From Bacillota bacterium (GTDB lineage Bacteria; Bacillota; DTU025): DNA of 64,000 nucleotides. Shown here one piece after another: positions 20,390-30,218 of this stretch. Below the pieces are notes generated by a model. That model ran no database searches and had not been told where the DNA came from. It was given only the letters and a program-made list of their open reading frames with translations. Every line of letters begins with the position of its first letter. The stretch's first letter is position 1. The stretch is taken from positions 896,001 to 960,000 of the forward strand of contig JBMNJT010000002.1 of the NCBI GenBank assembly GCA_050951805.1, in the 5' to 3' direction. The position numbers and the translations under genes are program-made.

Positions 20390-21374
20390 CAAGGAATCTG
20401 ATTCAATTGTAGTGGTCAAAGGACTCACAAAACACTTCTCTGTGGGCCGAGGATTGTTCAGAAGAGAGCAGGCTCGTCTCCATGCAGTGGATGACGTGAG
20501 TTTCGATGTCGCTCGTGGGGAAGTCTTCGGCTTGGTGGGCGAATCCGGGTGTGGCAAGACGACTACCGGAAGGATGCTGGTCAAGCTTACTGTCCCTACA
20601 TCCGGCGATATATTCGTGGATAACGAGGACATTTCGGCCATCAGTGGCCAGGGAATGCGCGAATTCAGACAGAGGGTCCAGATGATATTCCAGGACCCCT
20701 ATGAATCGCTCGACCCAAGGATGACGGTATTCGACATAATATCCGAACCGCTCAATGTGAACCACATCGGAAACTTGGAGGAAAGGGAGGAGAGGGTTGC
20801 CTACATGTTGTCTCGTGTGGGCATTACGCCCCCTGAAATGTTTTTCTTCAGGTTCCCGCATGAACTCTCGGGTGGTCAGCGTCAGCGAGTCGCGATCGCT
20901 CGTGCTCTCGTGGTCAATCCCGAATTCATCGTAGCTGATGAGCCCACATCCATGCTGGATGTATCGATCCGTACGGGAGTCATGAAGCTCCTCGCTGAAC
21001 TGCAAGAGGATTTCGGTATGAGTTATCTATACATCACTCATGATCTCGCTGTTGCCAGATATTTGTGCGATAGGATTGCAGTGATGTATTTGGGAAAGAT
21101 TGTGGAGATGGCCGGAGCTGAGGATATCATCAAGAACCCGCTTCACCCATATTCGAAGGCGCTGATTTCAGCTGTGCCCCTGCCTGATCCGACGATACGG
21201 CGCGATGTCCCGAACATCAAAGGCGGAGTGAGTAAGCCCATAAACCCTCCTCCGAGGTGTAGGTTCTATCCGCGTTGTCCTGTAGCGAAGAACATCTGCC
21301 GGGACAGTGACCATCCTGAGCTCTGTGAGGCGTCTCCTGGACATTTTGTGGCCTGCCATTTGGTGGCGAGGTGA
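20370..21374 (+). CDS. Peptide ABC ATPase (OppF-like)
   Basis: GESGCGKT, LSGGQRQR, ADEPTSMLD, CRFYPRC; TTG start after GGAGG. Confidence 0.95.
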   Translation: MALPKPNKESDSIVVVKGLTKHFSVGRGLFRREQARLHAVDDVSFDVARGEVFGLVGESGCGKTTTGRMLVKLTVPTSGDIFVDNEDISAISGQGMREFRQRVQMIFQDPYESLDPRMTVFDIISEPLNVNHIGNLEEREERVAYMLSRVGITPPEMFFFRFPHELSGGQRQRVAIARALVVNPEFIVADEPTSMLDVSIRTGVMKLLAELQEDFGMSYLYITHDLAVARYLCDRIAVMYLGKIVEMAGAEDIIKNPLHPYSKALISAVPLPDPTIRRDVPNIKGGVSKPINPPPRCRFYPRCPVAKNICRDSDHPELCEASPGHFVACHLVAR

Positions 21375-21381
21375 CTGCGGT

Positions 21382-21906
21382 ATGGGTTTGCCGCATTGTC
21401 TAAGGCGGGCTGAGGCCATATCCGGGACGATGGCAGTAGTGGCCATGGTTGCTTCGGCAGCACTTATTTGGGCGATCTACCCTCTCTACAGTGATTATGT
21501 GAGATGGACAGAAGCAGCAGCGGCGGAGGTTATTGCAGCCTCAGTTACGCTTTGTGGGGACACAGGAACCATATACATAGATGCGGGGTTTAAATCACCG
21601 AGCGCACTGTTTGCGGCCGAGATCGAGGCCTTGGAGTTCAATGTGGACTGCCAAGGCAGGCACTGCGGATTCTACAGGATTCGGGTGCCTGATGATTCAG
21701 GTATTCTTCTGCGCGACGTCGACAACGAGGTATTACTGCAATTGGCTGCGCCTGTTGCGCCGGAGAATTGCGGACAATTGAGTCGGAACGGAGCTGCGGT
21801 TTTAAGCGGAAATCTCATTGTTCGCATCTTCTTGCCGCACGCCGAATACGTGGCCCGGTTCTCCCTTGAGGGCGAATTGGGGAACGTGGGGAGCGATGTT
21901 CAATGA
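21382..21906 (+). CDS. Hypothetical membrane-anchored protein
   Basis: GAGGTG RBS; one N-terminal TM helix; operon position. Confidence 0.6.
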   Translation: MGLPHCLRRAEAISGTMAVVAMVASAALIWAIYPLYSDYVRWTEAAAAEVIAASVTLCGDTGTIYIDAGFKSPSALFAAEIEALEFNVDCQGRHCGFYRIRVPDDSGILLRDVDNEVLLQLAAPVAPENCGQLSRNGAAVLSGNLIVRIFLPHAEYVARFSLEGELGNVGSDVQ

Positions 21907-22322
21907 AGATGTCGGGAGGGCTCAATCCGTTTCTTATCGGAGCTATAGGGCTCGCGATATGCATCTCCTCCACCGTGGGTTTGATATCCATAATACTCCG
22001 CGAGTATCTGCCGGTGCCGCTCTGGGTTGCTCTGGTGCCGGCTGCGGTTGCGTTTGCGTCCCTGGGGGTTGCATCGCCCGAGGTGCCATGCATGGTTGTG
22101 CTGACAGGCACGGAACTGGCGATAGCGCCTTTGGCTGCTTCACTGGTAGTGGGCTTTCCTGCGTCACGATACCAGTCAGCCTTAGTGGTTGAGTCTGCTT
22201 TCCGCTTGGCAATCGCAGCAGATCTTTCCATCATGATTCCCTTAGCCTTTTTGTCGATGACAGCAGGTTCGGCGATTCGCGGGTTATGGATAGGCGTTGG
22301 TCCTCCCCCGTGGAGTGGCTGA
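21903..22322 (+). CDS. Hypothetical membrane protein
   Basis: ATGA overlap; about 4 hydrophobic segments. Confidence 0.6.
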   Translation: MKMSGGLNPFLIGAIGLAICISSTVGLISIILREYLPVPLWVALVPAAVAFASLGVASPEVPCMVVLTGTELAIAPLAASLVVGFPASRYQSALVVESAFRLAIAADLSIMIPLAFLSMTAGSAIRGLWIGVGPPPWSG

Positions 22323-22435
22323 TGTCATTGGGCACATGGCAGTCCTTGAAAAGCGGGATGGATTTTGCATGAGCCGGAAAAGGAAGGCAAGCCAATTGTG
22401 GTGGGGGATCGCTGGGAGCGTAAAGTAAAATAGAA

Positions 22436-22463
22436 GAAGGAATTTGTATACTTGGTGTCGAAT
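22436..22463 (+). promoter_or_regulatory. Sigma-H-like promoter
   Basis: gaAGGAATTT...GTCGAAT, 18-nt spacer. Confidence 0.55.
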
Positions 22464-22646
22464 GCAACTTGTGGATATCATCTTAACTGCCGAAAGAATT
22501 GACGACAGTGCGTTTTGGCAATCGTTGTTGGGTTCAAGAGAGGAGGGATTGGCGGGCAATTCGATTCCCTTTACGATCCCGTCGTAGTGTAGAGAGAATT
22601 GGAGACCGAGTAAGACGACCAATCATTTTTAGGAGGTACATGCTCA

Positions 22647-24359
22647 ATGCCGAAAAAGGTACGCTTGCCGATTGTATTGATGTTGGCATTTGCGCTTGCC
22701 GTTGGCCTAGCCGGCGCGCCTGGCGCCGCCAAGGTGGCTTACGAGCCATGGGGCCCCCACGTTGACGAGATTATCATGCCCATTATCAAGGAATCCGAGG
22801 CCCGGAGGATCGCGTTTGAGCGCGGCGAAAGTGTTGTGTGGGCTGGCCTTACCAAGCCTGAGGATATCGATAGGGCGAAGGTCATCACCAATGCTGACAT
22901 GACTATGACTCTTGGTTTTCACATGTTCTACCTTTGCTTCAACATGAGGGAATACCCACTGGCCGACCAAGCTCTCCGTCAGGCTATTGCACACTGCACT
23001 GATCGTGACAACATAATCCGCACGCTCTTCAAGGGCTATATGCTTCCTATGACGAGTTTCATTCCACAGGTGTCGCCTTTCTATAAGGCTGACGTGCCTG
23101 TCTATCCATTCAGTCATGCAAAGGCTGCGGAGGTTCTCGACAAGGCCGGCTACAAGCTCGATCCGGCCACTAAGAAGAGAATCGATCCCAAGACGGGGAA
23201 ACCCATGCGTGAATTGAAGATCTTCACGCCTACGTACGAGGTTGCTCCGACCTCTGCGGAACTTGGCAAAATGATTGCCGATTCATGCCAGAAGGTTGGC
23301 CTTCCCGTCGTGCCCGAGCCGATGGACTTCCCAGTCATGCTCGATAAACTTGACATAATGGAATTCGACATGTACTGCCTGGCCTGGAACCTTAGCAGGA
23401 ACCCAACAAGCCTATACAGCTTCTTCCATTCGTCGCAGGACGTCGAGGCCGGCTACAACAGGCCTGGTATTCGCGATCCCGAGCTAGATAAGCTTCTTGA
23501 GGATCTAAACTATGCCCCAGATCTCAAGACGGCTAAGACTGCATCAGACAAGGCTCAGCTTATTCTCGCCAGGGAGATGCCGTACGTGCCGCTGTATTCG
23601 AGGCCTTTCATTGACGCTTTTAGGAAGGACCTCGTTACCGGATACGTTCCGATGAAGGGCTATGGCGCCGCGAGCTACAACAATATGTGGACAACACTGA
23701 ATATCCGCCGTGTTGACCGGTCCGGCAGGCCGATCGAGGGCGGCACTATCAGGTGGACGTTGGATGAGGAGCCGAAGAACCTCAACCCCTGCGTCGCCAG
23801 CAGCGCCTACGAATGGGAGGTTCTTTCCAGGATCTATGACGGTCTCCAGGCGATGGATCCGGATACCCTGGATGACATGCCGTGGATGGCTCGCAAGTGG
23901 GATGTTGGAGTCTGGGAGCCTGAGCCTGGTAAGAAGGGCACAGTTGTAACTTGGTACATCAATAAGGGCATAAAGTGGTCCGACGGCCAACCGTTCACCG
24001 CTGAGGATGTCAAGTTCACTATGGATTACCTCAAGGCAAACCAGGTGCCGAGGTACAAGCCCACTACTGATGATGTTGTGAAGGTCGAGCTGATCGACAG
24101 ATACACTGTTAAGATCTACTACCAAAACGTAAGTTACTGGCACCTATATCGTGTCGCCGAATTCCTGCCGAAGCACATATGGCAGGATGTAAAGGACTGG
24201 AAGACATTCGAACCTTGGAAGGAACCTCACCCAAAGATCAAGGGTTACTCTAAGCTGGTTGGACATGGTCCATACATCCTCAAGGAGTATAGGCCTGGCG
24301 AATACGTGAGGCTCGTAAAGAACCCGAACTACTGGCGTCTCAACCCTCCGAGCAAGTAG
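22647..24359 (+). CDS. Family-5 ABC substrate-binding protein, circularly permuted (copy 1)
   Basis: FNMR..LRQAIAH block precedes GGTIRW..EEPKNLNP, WSDGQPFTAEDVKFT and GPY..KNPNYW. Confidence 0.92.
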   Translation: MPKKVRLPIVLMLAFALAVGLAGAPGAAKVAYEPWGPHVDEIIMPIIKESEARRIAFERGESVVWAGLTKPEDIDRAKVITNADMTMTLGFHMFYLCFNMREYPLADQALRQAIAHCTDRDNIIRTLFKGYMLPMTSFIPQVSPFYKADVPVYPFSHAKAAEVLDKAGYKLDPATKKRIDPKTGKPMRELKIFTPTYEVAPTSAELGKMIADSCQKVGLPVVPEPMDFPVMLDKLDIMEFDMYCLAWNLSRNPTSLYSFFHSSQDVEAGYNRPGIRDPELDKLLEDLNYAPDLKTAKTASDKAQLILAREMPYVPLYSRPFIDAFRKDLVTGYVPMKGYGAASYNNMWTTLNIRRVDRSGRPIEGGTIRWTLDEEPKNLNPCVASSAYEWEVLSRIYDGLQAMDPDTLDDMPWMARKWDVGVWEPEPGKKGTVVTWYINKGIKWSDGQPFTAEDVKFTMDYLKANQVPRYKPTTDDVVKVELIDRYTVKIYYQNVSYWHLYRVAEFLPKHIWQDVKDWKTFEPWKEPHPKIKGYSKLVGHGPYILKEYRPGEYVRLVKNPNYWRLNPPSK

Positions 24360-24579
24360 GACGCCGACGTTCTTGACGGATGCCGCCTGAGGCGTTTGCC
24401 TTGGGGGGCATCCGCTCCTGTACGGTACGGGACTAGCGCAAGTAAGAGGTTGCTGAAGTTAATATCAATAATGGTATGAAGGACTTTAGCAGTAAGCCTC
24501 GAATAAACAACAGTTAAGGCGGGGAACCAAATTTGTTTCAAGTGCGTTCAAGTTTTGGCCGTATCGCGCATGGAAGGTA

Positions 24580-24607
24580 GAAGGAATTCTGATATCTGGT
24601 GACGAAT
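24580..24607 (+). promoter_or_regulatory. Sigma-H-like promoter (a second candidate lies at 24480-24504)
   Basis: gaAGGAATTC...GACGAAT, similar to 22436-22463. Confidence 0.55.
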
Positions 24608-24779
24608 CAACCTTTTGGGCATGGCGATGGGCTAAAAAGAGTTATCGCCGCAAAGTTGTCTTCTCCCACCTGCAGGGATTGTTGGGCCATCGATTCGAAT
24701 CACACGACGCATATGTCGCAAAGTGACGAGAACTGATACCCATGCAATCAAATTAACATTTCAAGGAGGTACGTACTTA

Positions 24780-26486
24780 ATGCCGAAAAAAGTTCGCTTG
24801 CCGATTGCCGTAGTCTTGGCGCTCGTGCTTGCTCTCGGCATCGCCGGCGCGCCCGGCGCCGCGAAGATGGCGTTCGAGACCACTGGTCCGCACGTCGACG
24901 AGATCATTATGCCGATCATAAAGGAGCAGCAAGCCAGAAGAATCGCATATGAGCGTGGTGAAAGCGTCGTCTGGTCTGGCCTCACTCAGCCTGAGGATAT
25001 CGACAGGGCTAAGGCCATGCCTAACTCCGACATGACGATGACTCTTGGTTTCCACATGTTCTACCTTTGCTTTAACATGAGGAAGGAGCCGTTGGCTTCT
25101 CAACCGATCCGCCAGGCGATTGCACACTGTGTCGATCGCGATAACATCATTCGCACGCTCTTCAAGGGCTATATGCTTCCGATGACGAGTTTTGTGCCAC
25201 AGGTGTCGCCTTTCTATAAGGCCGATGTTCCTGTCTATCCATTCAGCTATGCTAAGGCTGCTGAGGTTTTGGATAAGGCCGGATACAAGCTGGATCCTGT
25301 GACCAAGGTGAGGATCGATCCGAAGACGGGCAAACCGCTTGCCCAGATGAAGATCTTCACGCCTACCTACGAGGTAGCCGCGACCTCCGCGGAACTCGGC
25401 AAGATGATCGCTGATTCCTGCCAGAAGGTTGGTCTGCCTGTGGTGCCAGAGCCAATGGACTTCCCAGTCATGCTCGACAAGATCGATATTCGCGATTTTG
25501 ACATGTATGTCCTGGCATGGTCGCTCAGCAGGAACCCAGACTTCCTGTATGACTTCTTCCATTCGTCACAGGACGTCGAAGCTGGCTACAATAACCCGGG
25601 AATGCGTAATCCTGAGTACGACAAACAGTCTGAGCTTCTCAGGTACGCGTCTAACTTGAAAGAGGCCAAAGCGGCGTCAGACGCCTGCCAGATGATCCTT
25701 GCCAGAGAGATGCCGTACGTGCCGCTCTACTCGAGGCCGTACATCGATGCGTTCCGCAAGGACCTGGTAACAGGATACGTGCCCATGAAGGGCTTCGGCG
25801 CAGCTAGCTACAACAACCTGTGGACCACCTTGAACATACGTAGGGTGGACCGTTCAGGCAGGCCCATTGAAGGCGGAACCATCAGGTGGGCGCTTTCAGA
25901 GGAGCCGAAGAACCTCAACCCGTGTGTCGCGTCAAGCGCCTACGAGCAGGAAGTGCTCTCAAGGTTGAATGACAGCCTGATGGCAATGCATCCTGACACT
26001 CTCGATGATATGCCATGGATGGCCCGCAAGTGGGACGTTGGCGTATGGGAGCCGCAGCCCGGCAAGAAGGGCACCACGGTGACCTGGTATATCGAGAAGG
26101 GGATCAAGTGGTCTGACGGAATGCCGTTCACCGCTGAGGATGTAGAATTCACCATCAACTACCTCAAAGCGAATAAGGTTCCGAGGTATCTCCCTGCGAC
26201 GCAGGACATCGTCAAGGTTGAGCTGCTCGACAAATACACGGTCAAGGTCTACTTCGCCAACGTCAGCTACTGGCACATCTACAGTGCAGACCTGTCCTTC
26301 CTGCCTAAGCACATCTGGAAGGATGTAAAGGACTGGAAGGGCTTCGAGCCTTGGAAGGAGCCGCACCCGAAGATTAAGGGTTACTCCAAACTTGTTGGAA
26401 CGGGACCCTTCATTCTTAAGGAATACGTGCCCGGCGAATATGTAAGGCTCGTTAAGAACCCGAACTACTGGCGTCTGAAGAAGTAG
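24780..26486 (+). CDS. Family-5 ABC substrate-binding protein, circularly permuted (copy 2, tandem paralog)
   Basis: Same permuted motif order; highly similar to 22647-24359; AAGGAGG RBS. Confidence 0.92.
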   Translation: MPKKVRLPIAVVLALVLALGIAGAPGAAKMAFETTGPHVDEIIMPIIKEQQARRIAYERGESVVWSGLTQPEDIDRAKAMPNSDMTMTLGFHMFYLCFNMRKEPLASQPIRQAIAHCVDRDNIIRTLFKGYMLPMTSFVPQVSPFYKADVPVYPFSYAKAAEVLDKAGYKLDPVTKVRIDPKTGKPLAQMKIFTPTYEVAATSAELGKMIADSCQKVGLPVVPEPMDFPVMLDKIDIRDFDMYVLAWSLSRNPDFLYDFFHSSQDVEAGYNNPGMRNPEYDKQSELLRYASNLKEAKAASDACQMILAREMPYVPLYSRPYIDAFRKDLVTGYVPMKGFGAASYNNLWTTLNIRRVDRSGRPIEGGTIRWALSEEPKNLNPCVASSAYEQEVLSRLNDSLMAMHPDTLDDMPWMARKWDVGVWEPQPGKKGTTVTWYIEKGIKWSDGMPFTAEDVEFTINYLKANKVPRYLPATQDIVKVELLDKYTVKVYFANVSYWHIYSADLSFLPKHIWKDVKDWKGFEPWKEPHPKIKGYSKLVGTGPFILKEYVPGEYVRLVKNPNYWRLKK

Positions 26487-26508
26487 GGCCTAAATGATCT
26501 GGCTTTTT

Positions 26509-26539
26509 GCCGCCCCGGGCCATTGGGGCCTGGGGCGGC
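26509..26539 (+). terminator. Intercistronic hairpin
   Basis: GCCGCCCCGGGCC-attgg-GGCCTGGGGCGGC. Confidence 0.55.
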
Positions 26540-26575
26540 ATAGCCGGTGATAAGGCAGAATGAGGTGAGACGGAT

Positions 26576-27559
26576 TTGGGTTTTCGTTCGTATGTCATCA
26601 AGCGATTGGTCTATGCCTTAATAGTCCTATACGTCATACTCACCCTCAACTTCGTCCTCTTCCGTGTGATGCCGGGTGACCCGACTAAGATGATCATTGA
26701 TCCCAATTTCACACCGGAAGCGAAGGCTGAATTGAGGAGTCAGTACGGCCTAGATGATCCCCCATTAAAGCAGTACGTTACCTATATGGGGAATCTGCTC
26801 AAATTTGATATGGGCCTTTCTTTTTCGACGAGACGGCCAGTCTGGTCGGAACTCAAGGAAAGGCTTCCCAATACGATCAAGCTGTTCCTTTGCACATTCA
26901 TCCTCACATCACTGACGGGGATGCGCTTGGGAGTGAAGGCCGCTGCAAATCCAGGCTCGTTTACGGATCGAGTCGTGATAACGGCAGGTCTCTTTACTCA
27001 TGCAGTGCCTACATTTTTCATCCAGTTGCTCATGCTTCTCCTATTCGGTTACTATTGGCCCATATTGCCCATACACGGCACTATGAGCGCGCCTCCTCCG
27101 GCTGGAGGATGGAATATCTTCCTTGACAGGCTATGGCACCTGGTACTCCCGGTAACGAGCAACATGATTGTGGGGTTTGGTTCATGGGCTCTGTATGCTA
27201 GGAACACAATGACCGAAGCGCTTGGGCAGGACTACATCATAACTGCGCGGGCCAAGGGGATTTCGGAGAAAGATGTCCTTTATCACCATGCGTTGCGCAG
27301 CGTTCTCCCGCCGATAGTCACCTTGCTTTTCATGTCCTTGCCCGGGATGGTGTCAGGGGCTGTTATCACGGAAAGCATATTCTCATGGCATGGGGTTGGA
27401 AGGTACCTTCTCGATGCTACGCTTCAGATGGACTATCCGGCGGCGCAAGGTGCTTTCTATCTTATAGCCTTGGCCGTTGTGATAAGCAATTTACTGGCGG
27501 ATATTGCCTACGGTCTTGTTGATCCGAGGATCCGCGTTGGGGCAGGTGGTGCAAAGTGA
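26576..27559 (+). CDS. Peptide ABC permease (OppB-like)
   Basis: MPGDP, ERLPNT, QDYIITARAKG, VDPRIR. Confidence 0.93.
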   Translation: MGFRSYVIKRLVYALIVLYVILTLNFVLFRVMPGDPTKMIIDPNFTPEAKAELRSQYGLDDPPLKQYVTYMGNLLKFDMGLSFSTRRPVWSELKERLPNTIKLFLCTFILTSLTGMRLGVKAAANPGSFTDRVVITAGLFTHAVPTFFIQLLMLLLFGYYWPILPIHGTMSAPPPAGGWNIFLDRLWHLVLPVTSNMIVGFGSWALYARNTMTEALGQDYIITARAKGISEKDVLYHHALRSVLPPIVTLLFMSLPGMVSGAVITESIFSWHGVGRYLLDATLQMDYPAAQGAFYLIALAVVISNLLADIAYGLVDPRIRVGAGGAK

Positions 27560-29223
27560 GTCAGCAGACTGAGCCGAGGTCGAAAAGTGAAGAAAGAGCT
27601 GCTGCTGTTAAGGCCGCCACCGTTGCTGTTCCAAAGCCGCTTACCTTTTGGGAACAGTACAGACGCAAGCCCCAGGGTATGGTGGGTCTGGGCATAGTTA
27701 TCGTATACGTTCTGATCGCGCTTTTCGCACCGTATATCGCGCCTTACGATCCGATGGAAGATTTGTATCTTGCTGATAGGCTGGCTGCACCCGCTTGGAT
27801 GGCCAAGACGAGCGCAAAATTCAAGGACGCTCCGCCGACCATACGCATGAACCTCGGCCCGGATGATTGGGTCCGCGAAGAGGTGGATGACATATCCATT
27901 TCCCCATACGAGTTTCCATACTTTGACGAGGTTGGAATGGAGATAGTCCTGCCGCAGACTCATGTGGTGGAGGTAGAAGAGACCGTCGAGGAAGATACGT
28001 GGGAAGAAGAGGAGGGCTTTTGGGCCTCGGCTGCTACCGATTGGGATCCTTGGGGACTTTTGGAAAGCAACGAGGAGACTGAGCCTTCGCCAGAGCCCGA
28101 GGATGAATATGGTTTCGACTTCGAACCCGAGATTGACTCAGGGATCGATGCATCCGCTAAAAAGCTGCTCTTGACGTATGAAGTTGATTATGACTATACT
28201 CCTCCGCAGACATTTTCGTTCAGTTTCGATTACTCAGTTGATGCGCCTAGCAGTGCCGAAACTGTGATCATGCTGGAACTGATGACCCCGGACGGAGAGG
28301 TCTTCGATGTTTGGGATGCAAGGGTCTACGGAAGTGTGGAGTCAGGAACGGCCCTCGTTGATGCGAGAGACTATGATTTAAAGATGCGACTGGGGCAGGG
28401 CTTCTTCGACGAGCCAACTGATATCCTCTTCTCTGAGAGGGGCACTTACACCTTGAGGCTCAGCTCGTGGACGGACTCGAAGGAGGGTCCTGTCACACTC
28501 ATGGTTACCCCGGTGAAATTTGAGATTCTCGGCTTGGTTCATGGAATTCTCGGGGTTGACCATATGGGTTCAGACCTCTGGTCGCAGCTGATCTATGGAA
28601 CGCGAATTGCGCTTGCAATTGGTCTGTCATCCGCGTTTATCGCGATTGTGATAGGAACTAGTGTGGGCCTTTGCGCGGGGTATTTTGGGGGCGCGGTGGA
28701 TGAAGTCCTCATGCGAATCGCGGACGTGCTCATGTCCATCCCCGACTTGCCGGTTCTGATTATTCTCGGCGCTCTATTTGGCAAGAGTGTCCTTAACATA
28801 GTCATCTTGCTTGCTATCTTCTCATGGATGGGAATTGCAAGGCTGGTGAGATCGCAGACACTGTCGCTGAAGGAACGGATGTTTGTAGAGGCGGCTAAGG
28901 CATCAGGGGCATCCGGTGGTTACATCATGCGCGAGCACATACTGCCGAACGTGATGCCGCTGATCTTTGCCAATCTGGTCCTCAGGATACCTGGAGCAAT
29001 TCTCACGGAGGCTTCATTGAGCTTCCTTGGCCTGGGAGACCCGCGCGTTCCTACATGGGGAAGAATGCTGCAGAATGCCAAGCAGTTTGGTGCCTTTACG
29101 CGTCTGGCTTGGTGGTGGCTGCTCCCGCCCGGTATAGCGCTTACGCTTCTAAGCTTGGCGTTTGTGTTTATCGGGAACTCGGTTAACGAGATCTACAATC
29201 CACGGTATAGGGAGAGATCGTAA
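27556..29223 (+). CDS. Peptide ABC permease (OppC-like) with large acidic extracytoplasmic insertion
   Basis: FAPYIAPYDP, then about 250 extra residues, then LGVDHMGSD, FVEAAKASGAS, HILPNV. Confidence 0.9.
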   Translation: MSQQTEPRSKSEERAAAVKAATVAVPKPLTFWEQYRRKPQGMVGLGIVIVYVLIALFAPYIAPYDPMEDLYLADRLAAPAWMAKTSAKFKDAPPTIRMNLGPDDWVREEVDDISISPYEFPYFDEVGMEIVLPQTHVVEVEETVEEDTWEEEEGFWASAATDWDPWGLLESNEETEPSPEPEDEYGFDFEPEIDSGIDASAKKLLLTYEVDYDYTPPQTFSFSFDYSVDAPSSAETVIMLELMTPDGEVFDVWDARVYGSVESGTALVDARDYDLKMRLGQGFFDEPTDILFSERGTYTLRLSSWTDSKEGPVTLMVTPVKFEILGLVHGILGVDHMGSDLWSQLIYGTRIALAIGLSSAFIAIVIGTSVGLCAGYFGGAVDEVLMRIADVLMSIPDLPVLIILGALFGKSVLNIVILLAIFSWMGIARLVRSQTLSLKERMFVEAAKASGASGGYIMREHILPNVMPLIFANLVLRIPGAILTEASLSFLGLGDPRVPTWGRMLQNAKQFGAFTRLAWWWLLPPGIALTLLSLAFVFIGNSVNEIYNPRYRERS

Positions 29224-29225
29224 CA

Positions 29226-30218
29226 ATGGCCCTGGTTGAAGTGAGAGACCTGAAAATGTACTACCGGACCCTCAGGGGCCATGTTAAGGCGGTCGATTCC
29301 GTAAGCTTTGACATTGAGCGTGGAAAGGCAGTGGGAATCGCTGGGGAATCCGGGTGTGGTAAATCGAGCATGGCGATCTCAATCCTCCGCCTGTTGCCAA
29401 GGAACGGTGAGTATCATGGCGGCAGTGTGGTTATGAACGGGCAGGATATACTGAAGATGCCTGAGGAGCAGTTTCGCAAAGATGTTCGATGGAAGCAGAT
29501 ATCAATGATATTTCAGGGCGCAATGAATGCCCTGAACCCAGTCCACAGGGTCGGCGATCAGATCGTCGAGGCTATCCTCGAACATGAGGATGTATCTCAT
29601 GAAGAGGCTGTGAGCCGGACAAAAGACCTGTTCGACCTTGTTGGCATTAACCCGAACAGATTTGGGGAGTATCCACACGAGTTCAGTGGGGGCATGAAGC
29701 AGCGGGCGGTCATCGCCATGGCCCTTGCATGTCACCCTGACCTCATTATCGCGGATGAGCCCACAACGGCGCTGGACGTGATGGTTCAGGCGCAGATCCT
29801 GAAGGCTATCGGAGAACTGAGAGAGGAACTCAACCTCTCTATGATGTTGATCACTCACGACCTGTCGGTGATTGCGCAGACCTGCGACTCTGTCGTTATC
29901 ATGTATGCCGGCAAAGTTGCGGAGTACGGCAGCGTCATGGATGTTTACGTGAATCCAACTCACCCATATGCTATGGGGCTCGTGAAATCATTCCCCAACA
30001 TCCATGCGGAGAGGTCGCCGGTGAGATCGCTTCCTGGCTTCCCTCCCAACCTGATTGCTCCGCCGACTGGATGCAGGTTCCATCCGCGGTGCCCGCTTGC
30101 GGACGAGGAGTGCATGACCGTGGAACCGCCCCTTCGTGAGGTTTCGCGTAAGAAGCACTATGTTGCCTGCCACAAAGCGGAAATCGTTGAGCAGGGGGTG
30201 GACATATGGGCGCAGTAA
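29226..30218 (+). CDS. Peptide ABC ATPase (OppD-like)
   Basis: GESGCGKS, FSGGMKQR, IADEPTTALD, GCRFHPRC. Confidence 0.95.
   Translation: MALVEVRDLKMYYRTLRGHVKAVDSVSFDIERGKAVGIAGESGCGKSSMAISILRLLPRNGEYHGGSVVMNGQDILKMPEEQFRKDVRWKQISMIFQGAMNALNPVHRVGDQIVEAILEHEDVSHEEAVSRTKDLFDLVGINPNRFGEYPHEFSGGMKQRAVIAMALACHPDLIIADEPTTALDVMVQAQILKAIGELREELNLSMMLITHDLSVIAQTCDSVVIMYAGKVAEYGSVMDVYVNPTHPYAMGLVKSFPNIHAERSPVRSLPGFPPNLIAPPTGCRFHPRCPLADEECMTVEPPLREVSRKKHYVACHKAEIVEQGVDIWAQ

Noticed and set aside
22647-26486. Binding-protein pair as an assembly duplication
   Set aside because: Many synonymous and amino-acid differences throughout and different upstream regions indicate real paralogs.
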